DNA of 64,000 nt from Octopus vulgaris (GCA_951406725.2 OX597823.1:22258001-22322000), one strand, 5' to 3'; positions 25,200 through 38,610 are shown, counted from the stretch's first letter. Numbers and translations are program-made. The notes: generated by a model from the letters alone, not told the origin.

Positions 25200-27760
25200 G
25201 AAAGAGAGATGGAAGAAGGGAAAAGCCTATGCTCCAGGCCACAGGTGATCTTGAATTCTTCAGAGATGTCAGTCTGATAAAGGACTCTTCCCCTCATGTC
25301 ATCATCGAAATCCTTGATCAGCGAAATGAAGCTCCAGGACAACCGTAACGATGCAGGATATCCCACATGACCTCTCTTGGGACATTGTCGAAAGCTTTTT
25401 CCAAGTCGTAGAAGAGGAAAAAGACAGATATCTGCTTCTCCCGGCTCTTCTCGTGGATTTGACGTGCACAAAAGATCACGTCGATGGTACCCCTTGACCT
25501 TCTGAAACCACACTGTGACTCAGGAAAGACTGACTCAGCTACTACTTGGAGATTAGAGCGATGATCTTGCCTGCGATTGAAAGCAGGAAGATGCCACGAT
25601 AGTTACCACAAAGGCTCCTATCCCCTTTCTTGAAGATGGTGACAATGATTGCATCTTTGAGATCTTGAGGAATCTGTTTCTTCTCCCAGATCTCCAGAAT
25701 CAGCACGAAGAGTCTTGCTGAGGAGTTCAAATGGAATGTTGTCAGGTCCGGCAGCTTTGTTAGGTTTCATTTGATTGAAAGCGGTCATGAATTCGATAAG
25801 GGAAGGGGGACGTGACAGTTCCAGTCTGACAAAGTGTTGAGGAATAGTCTTCAGCGGGTCTTCAGAAGCAGTAGACGGGCGATTCAACAAGGCTTTGAAG
25901 TGTTCTTTTCAGCGATGAAGAATCCCATCCTTCTCGGTGATGACGAGTTGTCTGCTGTTTTCAGCTGGGATGTTGATGATTTTTGGGGGCCGTAAATTTA
26001 ATTGGTTCCTCATGCCACGACTGTCAGCAAATGATTGGAGTTGGACAGCTTTGGTTCTCAATCTCGCGAATCCTTCTTTTGCAGAGGCAGAGTGACTTGG
26101 CTTCCTAGCATCTGGCGAGTTTCGTGGAACATGAGGTGTTGTTCAGATATTCAATGAGTGCTGATCGCTTGGTATCAATCAGGGTGGAAATTTCAAGACT
26201 GTTTGAGTCGAACCAGTCTGCACGGGACCGCTTTTGGAAACCGATGTTCTCTCTCTCGCAGATTTGGTGATGATGTTCTTGAGCGTGGTCAACTGAGTGT
26301 TGGGATCAGAGCTGTCACATGAGGGGTTTTCATTCAACTGCTTTTCGACAGACACTTGAAAAAGACGGATATTCTGGAGGTCTCGGAGGGCAGTGGTGTC
26401 GTACTTCCTCCGGGAAGGTGGATTTGATCTTGGTTGGAATGTCTTCTTCTTCAGAATCCATCTTATCCGCATGACAACCAGACGGTGGTCGATCCAACAA
26501 TCGTCAGCAGACAGTATTAAACGGGTGATGCGAACATCTTTGAGATCACATTGTCTTGTGATGGCATAGTCTAGGAGGTGCCAATGCTTGGATCTGGGAT
26601 GTTGCCATGTGGTCTTGAAATGGTTCTGCTGTCTGAAGAAGGTGTTTGCATTGGAGTTCCCGATTCCGTCTTTCCCAAAAACCTTCTCCCCAAGATGATG
26701 GTCTCTGCCAACCCTTGAGTTGAAGTCACCCAGTAGGAGGATCTAGTCTGAACTGGAGACAGCTGTGAGTTGTTGGTCGAGTTGATGGTAGAACTCTTCC
26801 TTTATGTTGTCTTCAGCATCGAGTGTTGGAGCATAGATGGAAAAGATGGTGATGTAAGATGTTGAGAGGGGAATTCGGATGGACATGATTCTCTCCGTGA
26901 TGCAAGACGGAGTCAGCTTGAAGGATTTTACGAGTTTTGTCTTTATTGCAAAACCCACGCCGTGCATATGAGGGTGGCCAGGCTCCTTTTCTTTCCAGAA
27001 GATCGTATATCTGGAACATTGTTCTTCAAGTGAGCCTTCCCCTAACAGTCTGGTTTCACTCAGAGCTGCAAAGTCCACATCGAAACGGCTCACTTCGTGT
27101 GTGACGAGGCTGTTTTCTGGCAGGTCGATTTGTGTCCTTGTGATGTAGTAGTGTTCGAACGTTCCAAGTAGCAAAGTTAATTATAGTGTTTCAGCAGCAG
27201 AATGGGTGACCCGCTGAACGCAGCTTTCCAGCCAGGTAGGGTTCCGACATCCAATGTTTAGCCTAGCTTTTCTAGGGCCCTCCTCATCCGAGGTGGGCTG
27301 CGGGGATTCTAAATAGGCCAGCCCAATCGCGAACATAGCTACCGCCCATCAAGATTGCCGCAAAGTCTCTGATTGAACGGTCATCACATGCTCGCCGCCT
27401 ACGTGTCGGGACTAGAGACTTCCAGCTCCACCAGGGTCTGTCTCCGTTATCCGTAACCCACAGCCATAGGACTTTTTGGGGGGTGGGGAGAGGAAAGTAG
27501 GAAAGAAGGAAATAGTACTGGATGTCATGACGTAATTTTGTTTAAGGTGGACCGCCACTTGCCAGGCGGAGGCCCACTCACTTGCCTCAGAGGACTTCAT
27601 CAGTGGCACCATGGAGGAGACGTATAGACATTGATCTCACAGCCATTGAGAGACATAGATGTCGCTTCGTCTGCCTGATCAATCGTTGAAGACTTGAAGA
27701 TTCCTTCTCGTAGCCTTAGCTTAAAGAGGCATCCTGCAAGGCAGCAGAAGAGGGTCCAAT
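25200..27760 (-). mobile_element. RTE/BovB-like LINE, 5' UTR to mid-RT, 3'-truncated and frameshifted
   Basis: APE endonuclease: FATWNVRTL, VDFAALSETRLLGEGSL, HGVGFAIK, SIYAPTL, LLGDFNSRVG, TTWQHPRSKHWHLLDY. RT: KAAGPDNIP, IPQDLKDAIIVTIFKKGDRSLCGNYRGIFLLS, PESQCGFR, KAFDNV. GC-rich 5' UTR at 27180-27760. Confidence 0.93.
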
Positions 27761-27764
27761 TTTT

Positions 27765-27920
27765 ACCCATTGGTGAGGCCCTAACAGGCGCTACCACTCC
27801 GGGCCAGAGCGGACCTGGGAGAAAGAGCAGCTAATGGGTGTCTCCACGCTCCCCATAACTCCTGTTCCCCCAAGCCGGAGCTTCACCACCGGTTGCAGTT
27901 TTCTGTCTTACCAAGGACAA
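27765..27920 (-). repeat. Short interspersed repeat abutting the RTE 5' end
   Basis: Minus strand aaaactgcaaccggtggtgaagctcc...tcccaggtccgctctggcccggagtggtagcgcctgttaggg, recalled as a common octopus repeat; family unassigned. Confidence 0.4.
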
Positions 27921-27924
27921 ATAC

Positions 27925-28001
<77 letters not shown>

Positions 28002-28269
28002 CACACACATCCATATATAAATAATCTTCTAATATTAATATAAGATATAAAATAATATAGTAAAAAGAAGTGAAGCGAAGTAGTAATTGTCTATTCTTAT
28101 TGAACAAATGCAATATCAAGTGTTCATTCTTATTGAAATAGTATACTTTCTTGCATTTAAACAATCTTCAGGTTTATTGGTAGTGACAGTTGTGATCGTT
28201 GGTTTCAACTGTGGTTGACTGGTTAAATTTTGTCCTTTATGTACATTCCTGTTGATAGAAGTAGTAGTT

Positions 28270-28787
28270 ATTTACATTATTTACATTCGACGGATATTTG
28301 TCTTGTTTCTAAAAATATACACTGAAAAATGGTATGGCATCATTTCTAAAAATTAACCAAGCAACTACTACTTCTGTTCTATATTTAAGAGATGAGGAAT
28401 TATGTATATTATTAACCACTACGCCATATGCCCGTGGGCATATGGCGTAGTGGTTAAGAGCGCGGGCTACTAACCCCAAGATTCCGAGTTCGATTCCAAG
28501 CAGTGACCTGAACAACAACAACAACAACAATAATGATAATAATAACATCGAAAAATATCTTAGGGATGAGAACCCAGGTTCGAAATTTCCCCCAAGACAC
28601 CTGAAGAAGGCTGGAGGGTATATCAGCCGAAACGTTGTGTTAATAACAAACAAGATGAAGACAAATATCCGTCGAATGTAAATAATGTACATAATTCCTC
28701 ATCTCTTCAATATAGAACAGAAGGAGTAGTTGCTTGGTTATTTTTAGAAACGATGCCATACCATTTTTCAGTGTTTATTTTTAGAAA
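28270..28787. mobile_element. tRNA-headed, hammerhead-containing short element in fold-back arrangement (copy 1)
   Basis: Perfect 22-bp head-to-head palindrome at 28412-28457; A box TGGCGTAGTGG (28443); B box GAGTTCGATTCC (28486); (AAC/AAT)n; hammerhead 28596-28641. The 3' part is repeated inverted at 28270-28410. Confidence 0.85.
28596..28641 (+). ncRNA. Minimal type I hammerhead ribozyme motif
   Basis: Stem I GACAC/GTGTT, core CTGAAGA(A), stem II GGCTG/CAGCC, then GAAAC-GTT (loopless stem III). Predicted cleavage after 28636. Confidence 0.8.
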
Positions 28788-28859
28788 TGATGACAGCAGT
28801 ACTTTTTAGAGATTTTTATTTTTAGATATGGGGATAAGCCTTTTAATCCTTAAATAAGA

Positions 28860-30028
28860 TTATTTTTTATCATTGTTTATTAATCTTCGGTTTGAATTTA
28901 TTAATAAAGTCCTTTTCTCTCAGTTTTTTCTCGATTTCATTCGGATTATATAATTTATGAAATGGAAATATTATAAATATTTTCCGGCCACATGTTGCTA
29001 GGTGAGTACTCAGCGGTATTTGGCAGGCTTCAAGATATTTGATTTGTTGTCGGTGCACACATGAGCGTTCTGATAGTGCATTGACTGTCTGGCTAGCATA
29101 CAGTTCTTCGCAATTCGGGCATTTGATGCAGTAGATTAGATTTCTGCTTTTACAGTTCATATTTGCGTTTGAGAATATTTTCCCCGTTTTTTGTGTTCAT
29201 ATATGGGCCGGAATGAATTAATTGGTATGCACCGCATCGGCTATCATTGCATTTAGACACAGTGAATGGTTGGTCTTTGTTGCTAAGCTCAAATCTTGCC
29301 TTTCTTAATAACTTTTTCAAGCTTTTAGACTGTCTTTTACTGATAGTTATAGTTTGGTATGTAATGATATCTCTTAATTCCTTGCTTGAGCAATGATTGG
29401 TAGGTTTGCTTTAGCTAAACTGAAGATACTCTGGTGGCATGGATTGTGCGTCACTATAAATGGTATGATTTGTTCTTGTTTTCCTCTCCTTTGTGTTGTC
29501 CTCAGTTGTTGTTTGGGTATTTTCATAGCCTGCTGAATACCATTTTCTATAAATAGTGACGGGTATTTTTGTCTGAGCAGAAATTCTTTCAGTTATATCA
29601 GGCGCTGATTTCTGACCTTCATATCTTCTACAATGGTACAGATTCTTCTGGCTAAGCAGTATGGGATGTTACGTTTTGTATGCGGTGGAGGCACGATTTA
29701 AAATTCAGGTATTGATGTGTATCTGTGTGTTTATAATGTATATCTGAGGTAATGGTGGTGTTCTTTTTCATTACCATTATATCTAGGAATGGTAATTTGG
29801 TACTGCTCATCTCCTTTGTAAATTGGATGGATGGGTGTAGGATGCTCAGGAGGATATTGAATTCTCCCACAGTGTTTTGAGATTTTTCCAGATTATGAAG
29901 CAATCGTCGAGGTATCTCTTCCATGCCTTTTCAATATACTTCTTATATTCAGTGCTGTATCTCTCCTCTATTTCCTGGCAGAGTTTTTGTTCTAAGTATC
30001 CCATCGTCGAGTTTCCGTAAACGGGAGC
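28860..30028 (-). mobile_element. Penelope-like element (Neptune-type), 5'-truncated and decayed
   Basis: RT: FAPVYGNSTMGYLE, KAWKRYLDDCFIIW, HPSIQFTKE, LPFLDI, HYKHTDTHQYL. Cys motif KCNDSRCGA. GIY-YIG: MNCKSRNLIYCIKCPNCEELYASQT...HRQQI...REKDFINKFKPKIN. Confidence 0.9.
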
Positions 30029-30069
30029 AAACATACATACATACATACATACATACATACATACATACA

Positions 30070-30102
<33 letters not shown>

Positions 30103-30924
30103 GCGTGTGTATATATGGTACACGTGCGTGTATATATATACACACATATGATATACGTAATTATACACTCATATACATACATACATAGAAACACATACAC
30201 GCATATATACGAAATTTGATTTTTTTTTCAATTCAACGATCTCTCTGCAAAATACTGTGCGAAAACAATCATCGTTATATATACGAAATATTTATTTATA
30301 TTACCATTATTCCATATATTGATATCTATAGATACAGCATGATTTCATGTGTGTATGTCTGTGCGAGTGTGCGCGTACTGCTTGCCTGTGTGTCTGTACG
30401 TGTCTTTTTGTGTGTGCTTGTAAGTTTTCTGCAGATATTAAAAGCATGTATTTACGTACGTTTGCCAATAAATGTTTTTTCTATGCATCTATACGAACAA
30501 GCGTGTTCTTACGAGTGTATGCACGTACGACAGTTATAGATATCCTCTAATTCCTTCTAAGCAACTGTCTCCATTTGCTATTCAAGGAATCTCTATTCCG
30601 TATATATCTGCACATGCTCGTTCTATTATGTTGCGATATATATATATACGTATATATCATTTTTCAATTATTTCTTTTATTTACCCTTTTTTTCTTACCA
30701 TCTGATTTAGTTTCTGCATTTCATATCTTTTACTCATTATTTTCCTATCTTTCAATTTATTTCTTAACTCTTCTGGTATGTATGCGTGTGCGAGCACACA
30801 CACACACATACATACGCACACATACATACACTCGCGCACACACACATGCATATACACACACATGCACACGTCTATATAGACATATGTTATGACATATATA
30901 TAGGGACGTATGCATACTTACAAT

Positions 30925-30958
<34 letters not shown>

Positions 30959-31068
30959 ACACACACACTAACACACTCACACACTCTCTCACACACACAC
31001 GCACACACATACTTTGGTTTCATATTTGGCTGGCAAGATTTTTTATATGAACTCAGTGTTGAAACAAA

Positions 31069-31408
31069 TCTTGTTGAATCTAAAGAAGGTCATTACGCAA
31101 ATAGTATTAATTTCACACACGCACAGGCTCATTTTCACTTCTTTATTGTTAATCAATCTAACCAACAAACTAATCGATTTTTTGTTTAATCGGTTTGTTT
31201 AATCATTGTTTAATTATTAATGAGGTCGCGAATGAAAAAAATAGGATTTTGACAAATAACTTAATGACTGTTTAGCCAACACATTAAACAGACGATCGAT
31301 TAGTTATTTGGTGAGATGGCTAACCAATTTACTAACAATAAATGAGCTAAACTGAATCAGTGCGTGTGTTTAATATTATTAGCATTATGACCCAACCTAG
31401 ATACAAGA
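31069..31408. repeat. Old degenerate fold-back (about 150-bp arms)
   Basis: 31069-31218 aligns by eye with the reverse complement of 31254-31408 (ggtcat..tattaa..cacacgcac..tttattgtta..actaatcgat..tgtttaat). Confidence 0.7.
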
Positions 31409-31479
31409 TAAATGCTTGTGCGGGCGTGTGTGTATATGCGTGCGCGCGTACACACAATGAGTGAAGGAAATAGATTGGA

Positions 31480-31822
31480 TCATGGCGTCGTCTTATGAGT
31501 TTATATCTAAGAAATATATACGTAGCAAAAGGATTCCCTAAGACATAATAAGTATACTCATAGGAGTATGTATGCCTTCGAAACCGTCCACTTTTCGCGA
31601 GATATATTCAGAATAATACTTATTTGCAATAATAAACCTCTGAACTATAGTCCGTATGTAGTACTCGGGTCTTCGAGGGAGGATGACCTCCCTTTGCAAA
31701 TAACACAAGGGCACTGAGATAGTGTCTAAAGTCCTTCTGGTGACGTTGATCGCCTGGGGCTAAAAGCATCAGTAACCCCCCCCCCCCAGTGGCTAGCCAC
31801 ATTCAGATGGCTAATACCCCTT
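31480..31822 (+). repeat. Interspersed repeat related to 39835-40192 (probably Penelope pLTR)
   Basis: Shared blocks: ggatg..cctttgcaaata..gggca; cctggggct..cagta..agtggctagccacattcagatggctaata. Confidence 0.6.
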
Positions 31823-34287
31823 ACGTTAATACTTATTTGGTTTTCTGAAAACCACTAAACACGTATCAGATTTATTAGATATATACCAGATTTATTAGAT
31901 ATATACTTCTATTTTTTATTGGAAGATCTTTATCAGCGGACATTATAGAAGTGATTATAAATTACTATAATATACTTATACAGAAGAGAGCTACCAGCGA
32001 CACTGAAAGTCAAATGAGGTGAAGAACAAAAAATTCTTATAGGTTCCTGCAGTCAAATTCGTAAGAATTCTACTATTTCAAATATCGTTATTAACTTTAT
32101 TACTTACAAATATAATAATTATCATTAGTATAATTATTTTTACGCACACATACTCTTTTAAAGAATTCTATCGTCTTATATTTCAAATATTTCACTTATT
32201 CATTTTTATAGCAATATCATCGATTACCCATTTCCTTAACTTCGTTATTTCCTGTTCTCCTTTATATCACCTCCCAGTGTAGTATATATTCTACAAACAA
32301 GCTTTACATTTTTTATTGTAATTTATTTTACCATTAATTTTTTTTACGGAAATTTCTTATTTTTGCTCGGATATTTTCTTATCTTGGCTGTCTTCCATAA
32401 TTTATTCTGCCTATATCTGCTCCCATATATGTTATTTCCTTATCTTAATTAGTTTTTATTTTCTCTTCTTTTTTTCTCTCTTTCCCCTACTGCCATTCCT
32501 TTTTGTTCATCTTTCTGTTCTATATATTCCCTTCTTCATAAACAACATTACTGACAGCCATGCCCTACCCAAACAATTAACCATTTATAATAACCATCAT
32601 ATATAACCTACACTATCCAAGACTGTCTAGTCAATTCCATTTCCTTCCTTAGTCAATTATCTTTTATAATTCCTTTAACCTTTAATCGTTCACTCTTGCC
32701 CAGTCATCCACAACCCCCCCTCTCTCTCTACTGTCGCTTTACTCTCTACTTCTACACATTAAAGTTATTTCTATCTATCATTTTTCATTATCAATATATC
32801 TTCTATTGCTTTTCAAGCATCAACTTTGCCTGAGGAAATAAACTCACAACTACTACGTTCACCCTATCTCTATTTGTTTTACTATATTATTATTGAAATC
32901 AACACCAATATCATTTCTGTTTGACTATCACCCAGAGAATCCCTAATAATGCACAACCGTTAATGTATTTTCTACTAATAAGCTCTACCTTCACACTATA
33001 TCTTGTTTCATCTGTCATCTATTAAATTTCTTATTTTTCTCAAATACCTTCTTATCTCAACTGCTTTCTGTTAAGTCATATTGCCCTCAATCTTCTCAGG
33101 TATTTTATTTCCTATCTTTAGTTTTCTTTTCTATTTCTCTTTTCTTTTTCCTTTTCTTTTCCTTTTCCTTTTTACCTTTCTTTTCCTCTACTTTCCATCT
33201 TTTTTTTTCTGTAACATTTACTCTCATTTCCATGAACACTAATCAGGCGCACTACACCCCCGAAATTTAACGTTTATAACAAACACCACACATGACCTAG
33301 ACAATCCTTGATTGTCTAATCAAATCCACTACTTCCTTTAACCAGTTATCTTTTCAATTCTTACAACTGTCAGCATTTCACCCAATCACCCCTCTCTTCC
33401 TCCTCCTCCTCTCTGGTGTACATTCATCATAGAATATTCACTACAAATATATATTTCAACAGTCACTGTTATCAGAGAACCTATACCTTTCACCTTAACA
33501 CATTTTGTACTCCTATCAATCCCCAGTAATCTTTTTCTACTTTATAGCTACATTTTTCTAAATTTTTCTTTCTTTATTATTAAATGAAAATAGCATCACA
33601 TATAAAAGCCACCCTGTTTTTATGTTGGCGAGACTTTTTCGATAATTCACTCTATTTTTCTGACACAGTAATCTAAAACTTTTTTGTTTTCTGAAAGTGA
33701 AAGGGCATCTGCCAAAATGCCTGTATTTACAGTTTGAGCACGGAATGGGCTTTATATATTCTTCCAGAATTTCTGCTTCCTAATGTTTAGTTTAATTTTT
33801 CAGTACGGTTAAATATTTTTCGATCACAGGAATAGTGAGCCGAGGAGACGAAACGAAATTCATACCTACTCTGTTGTTTAGTAAATAACAGCTACTCTTG
33901 CTAGAAGGGAATGTGGCTCAACTGCTGCTGAAAGCAAAACTAAAAAAGACATTCACATTGTGTCTCGCAAAGGGTTATGGAAACGATATCAACAACAGAG
34001 TCAACCAAATCAACGCAGTCACAACAACTAGTGGGGACGCAATGGCTCAGTGGTTAGTGCAGCGGACTCGCGACATGTTAAGATTGTGTAATCCTTCTGA
34101 AATTGTAGGAGAGTTTCGTTATTTGCTGGACAAACAGAGGGGGTCATATTTGTGGACGGGAAAAAAATATATTTGACTCTAAGAAGAACAGCCAAAATTT
34201 TATAAACGCCACATATAATAGTTTTTAATGTTCAAGAACCAACATACATTCAAAATTATATTTACAAATAAATAATAAAGTACTATA

Positions 34288-34450
34288 GGCGCAGGAGTAA
34301 CTGTGTGGCAAGAAGCTTGCTTCCCAACCACATAGTTCCGGGTTCAGTCCCACTGCGTGACACCTTGAGCGAGTGTATTCTACTATAGCTTCGGGCCGAC
34401 CAAAGCCTTGTGAGTGGATTTGGTAGATGGAAACTGAAAGAAGCTCGTCG

Positions 34451-34494
<44 letters not shown>

Positions 34495-34716
34495 ATGTGT
34501 GTGTGTGTGTGTGTGTGTTTGTGTGTGCGTGTTTGTGTGTCTGTGTGTTTGTGTGTCTGTGTTTGTCCCCCCACCATCGCTTTGACAACTGATGTTGCTG
34601 TGATACTGACAAAATAAGTACTAGGCTTACAAAGAATAAGTCCTGGGCTCGATTTGTTCGATGAAAGGTGGTGCTCCAGCATGGCCACAGTCAAATGACT
34701 GAAACAAGTAAAAGAG
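34288..34716 (+). mobile_element. SINE family A, near full length
   Basis: Same head, body and tail as 20095; agtacta on both sides is a likely TSD. Confidence 0.9.
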
Positions 34717-34849
34717 TACTACATAATCTTTTCTCACTGAAGTATATTGATTATCCCTGTTCGTTGAAGGCTTTTATCAAATTTTCATTTTAGCAGTGAA
34801 CACGTTAAAATGCAGTGTGTAGGATGCTAAAGCTATTTTTAAAAAATGC

Positions 34850-35300
34850 TCATAATCTCTGTAAAATCTCGACAGCAGCACATAGTAGCTTTGAATACCA
34901 CGTTTTCGCCACTGTAGAGCTAAAAGTTGGTTTGCTCTTGACAGCACCAGTATGCTTACTTCTAAAAGGAATAGATTTTATTCCTGATTTAGGACCAACA
35001 TTGAGAGGGTAGGAAGTTCGTTGGTAAGTCTGTGTACTTTTTTGAGCAGCTTCCAGGAAACACCCGGGTTTTGCTAGTTTCAGAGAATTCAATGAAGAGC
35101 TCTCAAGAAGTCTTTGTCAAATATAGTCACAGGAAATCTTCGAAATAGAAGTAGCTCGAACTATCTATTTCCGATATACTCTAGCAATACCTAGCAAAAT
35201 TGCTTAGAATTATGATATAGGGTTTATTTAAAATTTTCGCATGACTGCTGTCTTCCTGACTGCGATTGGAGTCTGCCAAAATATTTTGCATTTTGCTATA
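34850..35300 (+). pseudogene. Possible highly decayed hAT transposase fragment
   Basis: FALDSTSMLTSKRN...EIEVARTIYF loosely resembles hAT motifs (SDxxxxMxGKxN; ExLxxDIYxYF); many stops. Confidence 0.3.
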
Positions 35301-35394
35301 TAATGCAGATTCGATGGAGTGTAACTGTTGAAGAATTGTAGTCGGTAGAAAGTTGAAAATGAGAGCTAATTAACAGAATGACTCATCAAGACAA

Positions 35395-35430
35395 CAGTAG
35401 TAGTAACAGTAGTAGACGTATTATTATTAT

Positions 35431-35463
<33 letters not shown>

Positions 35464-35561
35464 AAGAAGAAGAAGAAGAAGAAGAAGAAGAAGAAGAAGA
35501 AGAAGAAGAAGAAGAAGAAGAAGAAGAAGAAGAAACAGTAGCAGCAGTAGCAGCAGCAGCA

Positions 35562-35596
<35 letters not shown>

Positions 35597-35652
35597 AGAA
35601 GAAGAAGAAGAAGAAGAAGAAGAAGAAGAAGAAGAAGAAGAAGAAGAAGAAA
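35395..35652. repeat. Compound (AGT)n/(AGA)n/(AGC)n microsatellite
   Basis: Direct inspection; explains the poly-R/poly-S ORF at 35378-35671. Confidence 0.97.
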
Positions 35653-35764
35653 TGATATGATATTAGTGTAAAATGCTGAGGCTAAAAATTCACAAATCCT
35701 CCAACTTTCTTGTTTCCGATATTTGAAGAATTAAATCATCCATCCATCCATCCATACATACATG

Positions 35765-37640
35765 CATTGATGGTGAAACTCTTGCAACTGTGATCCAGAA
35801 ACTCCAGGATGGAAAAGCACCTGAAAGAGACTTTATTGTTGGATATTGGTACAAGAAGATAACCTTCAATCAACCATATCTTATCAATCTGTACCACTAA
35901 GCTCTCGATGGGAACAGCAGCATATCACACTGGTTATCTCTGGCAGAGACAAAATTGGTCTCCAAATGCAGAACCACCCACATGCCAAAAACTACCGGCC
36001 AATTTCATGCCAGAAGTTAATGAATAAGATAAATACGTCATGGTTAAACCTCTTCCTCGAGGACCATTGTGAAACCAATAACATCATCACAGCAGAACAA
36101 GCAGTTTGGAAGAAGGGAGTCTGAGGATGTGCCGAGCAATTGTTAATCAACAAAACTGAGATGCCCGAGGTGCAAGAGCATAGGAAGAAACTAGTTTCAA
36201 TGTGGCTAGACTATAAGGGAGCATTTGACTCTGTTCCCCACTTATGGATGCTAGAAGCCCTTCAACTTGCTAAAGTTCCGGTGAGCACAGTCAAAGCTAT
36301 AACTAACCCGACGTCATCGTGGGCCACCATCTTAAAATTAAACACAAAGAGTGACTGTATTATCACTGATAGAATACAGTATCGCGAAGGCATATTCCAA
36401 GGGTCAGCCTCTCTGTGATGTTGTTTATACTTTCTGTAAATCCATTGTCAATCATGTTACGAAGTCTGAAGGATAGTTCACTGGTTCACAAGGAAACAGA
36501 AATACCAAAATTACAGTTTCTTTATGGATGACTTGAAACTTTGTGCAATGAATATGCATGAGATGAAAAAGAGCCTTGACCTAGCCACAGCATACTCAAC
36601 GAACGTAGGGTTAGAGTTTGATCAGGATAAATGTTGTTATATAGTTGTGAAAAGGGGGAAAAACTATAAACCAGACTAGCAACATCGCCATCAATAATTT
36701 GACTGTTTCTGCTATATCTGATGATGAATATTACAGTTATCTAGGTGTGGATGGAAACATATCTAACAATGGCACCTGTAACAAAATATGTGTCACTAGA
36801 GAATATTAGAGCCGAATAAAGAAAATTTGGAAACTCAGAACTATCTGCAGTCAATAAAACAGTGGCCCACAATGTGTTTGCAGTGCCAACACTCATACCA
36901 ATATTTGGGCTGCTCTATTGGACGCTTGATGAGATCCGAGCCATTGATGTGAAAACCTGAGAAATACTAACAAGCACACATAATTTTCACGTAAACAGTG
37001 ACGTCGACCGCTTCTAACTCAAGCGAAAACAAAGCAGCAGAGACTTAACATCGATCCAAAATGGCTTTGAATATCGTACCAAATCCCTACGGCAACATCT
37101 TTTAACCACCAAGTGTCGAAATGCATCCCTTGACCAAGTTTACATACATGATGCCGATGACATCATAAGATTTGGAAGGCAGCTCCTTGAGCAACATTCT
37201 TTGCCTGATAACCTAAAATACATGCCCAAAGAAGTCGCACGACTCTACCACAACGTATCAACAGATGAAAAGATGAGCCTATATGAGCAGAAAACTATGC
37301 ATGGATATGTCAGTAGAAAGCTCCGTGATGATAGTAACATTATCTACGCAGTTTATCATCGACGAATAGCCGGATTACTACCTCTCGCTTTGATGAGTAT
37401 GCGCCTGCAATCCAGGAACAGGAAATACCAACCAAGTACCTGATGCACAAAAGGGATAGAGATACAGGAAAAGCAGTAAACTGTGACAACCGATGCAGAC
37501 TTTGTGGATTCAGCACCGAAGATATTACCCACATCATAAGCAATTGTCTGAAAGAGAATGAGAAAATCTTTGGCAGTGCAAGGAGTATCCACCAAATCCT
37601 CGATACTTTAAAGAACACATTTCACTGGAAATATATTTTC
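35765..37640 (+). mobile_element. R4/Dong-clade non-LTR retrotransposon, decayed RT plus CCHC region
   Basis: KAPERDFIVGYWYKK, KNYRPISC, IITAEQA, EQLLINK, WLDYKGAFDSVPHLW, GIFQG, FMDDLKL, IQEQEIPTK, CRLCGFSTEDITHIISNC. Confidence 0.92.
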
Positions 37641-38546
37641 GTTTCATCAATATCTCCAGCATCAAGCTGAGTATGTCAGAAATTATAACAACAACAGCAA
37701 CAGCAGCAGCAGCGGCAGCAGCAGCAACAGCAGTAGCAGCAGCAGCAGTAGCAGCAGCAACAGCAGCACTGCACTGTTGTACTTTAACTTGAAAGAGAGC
37801 TGCCTGTCTGCTGCAACAAATAGTATTTAACAAAGGATTAAATAACCACGAATCAAATGAGAAAATGAGAAAATGTTGAAAGATAACTGAATGATTTAGT
37901 GGTAAAATACATTTAATTTTGCCTTACGTAAATAATGTATAACAACATACTTTCTGGCGGATGGAGGATTGAATACTGTATTACGAAGCTAATGAATTAC
38001 ATTGGTTATATCTGCCTAAGATTGATTCAGTAACCTCATACAAGCGTTATAAATAGCTTCAATATAAGGCGTATCAATCAGCCATAGGCTTGAAGAGGAA
38101 TGCGTATTTGAATCTGATAAATAAAAATACGATAAATGGAGCAGGATCCCATCTTCATCAGCATCAGATAAACCAGCGCCAGGCGGAAATATTACAATGA
38201 AATAAAGCGACGGACTTTACCGGTCATATCTAGCATATAAATTTGGTCAGGCAAAAAATTGACACAAAGGAATATTGTTAAGAATCTGCATGCATATTTT
38301 ACAGCCACATTACTGAACAAATAAAGCTACGACAATATTTTCACATGAAATTGGGAGAGAGAATAAATAACCCTGCTCATGACCTAACTTTGAATCGTAA
38401 CAAATTGCGTAACATATTAACGTGTACAACACTAACAGAATACTATTCAACAAAAACCGAACTAGAAAAACACACATATCTGTGTGTGTGTGTGTGTGTG
38501 TAAGCGCGCGCTTGTGATTGTACATATGCATATGGAAAATATACAT

Positions 38547-38610
<64 letters not shown>

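Noticed and set aside
27180-27760. HDV-like ribozyme in the RTE 5' UTR
   Set aside because: Plausible from family knowledge, but I could not build the double pseudoknot by eye.
28436-28510. Possible tRNA gene (anticodon ACT)
   Set aside because: No proper acceptor stem or poly-T terminator; it runs into a repeated element body, so it is treated as a SINE-like head.
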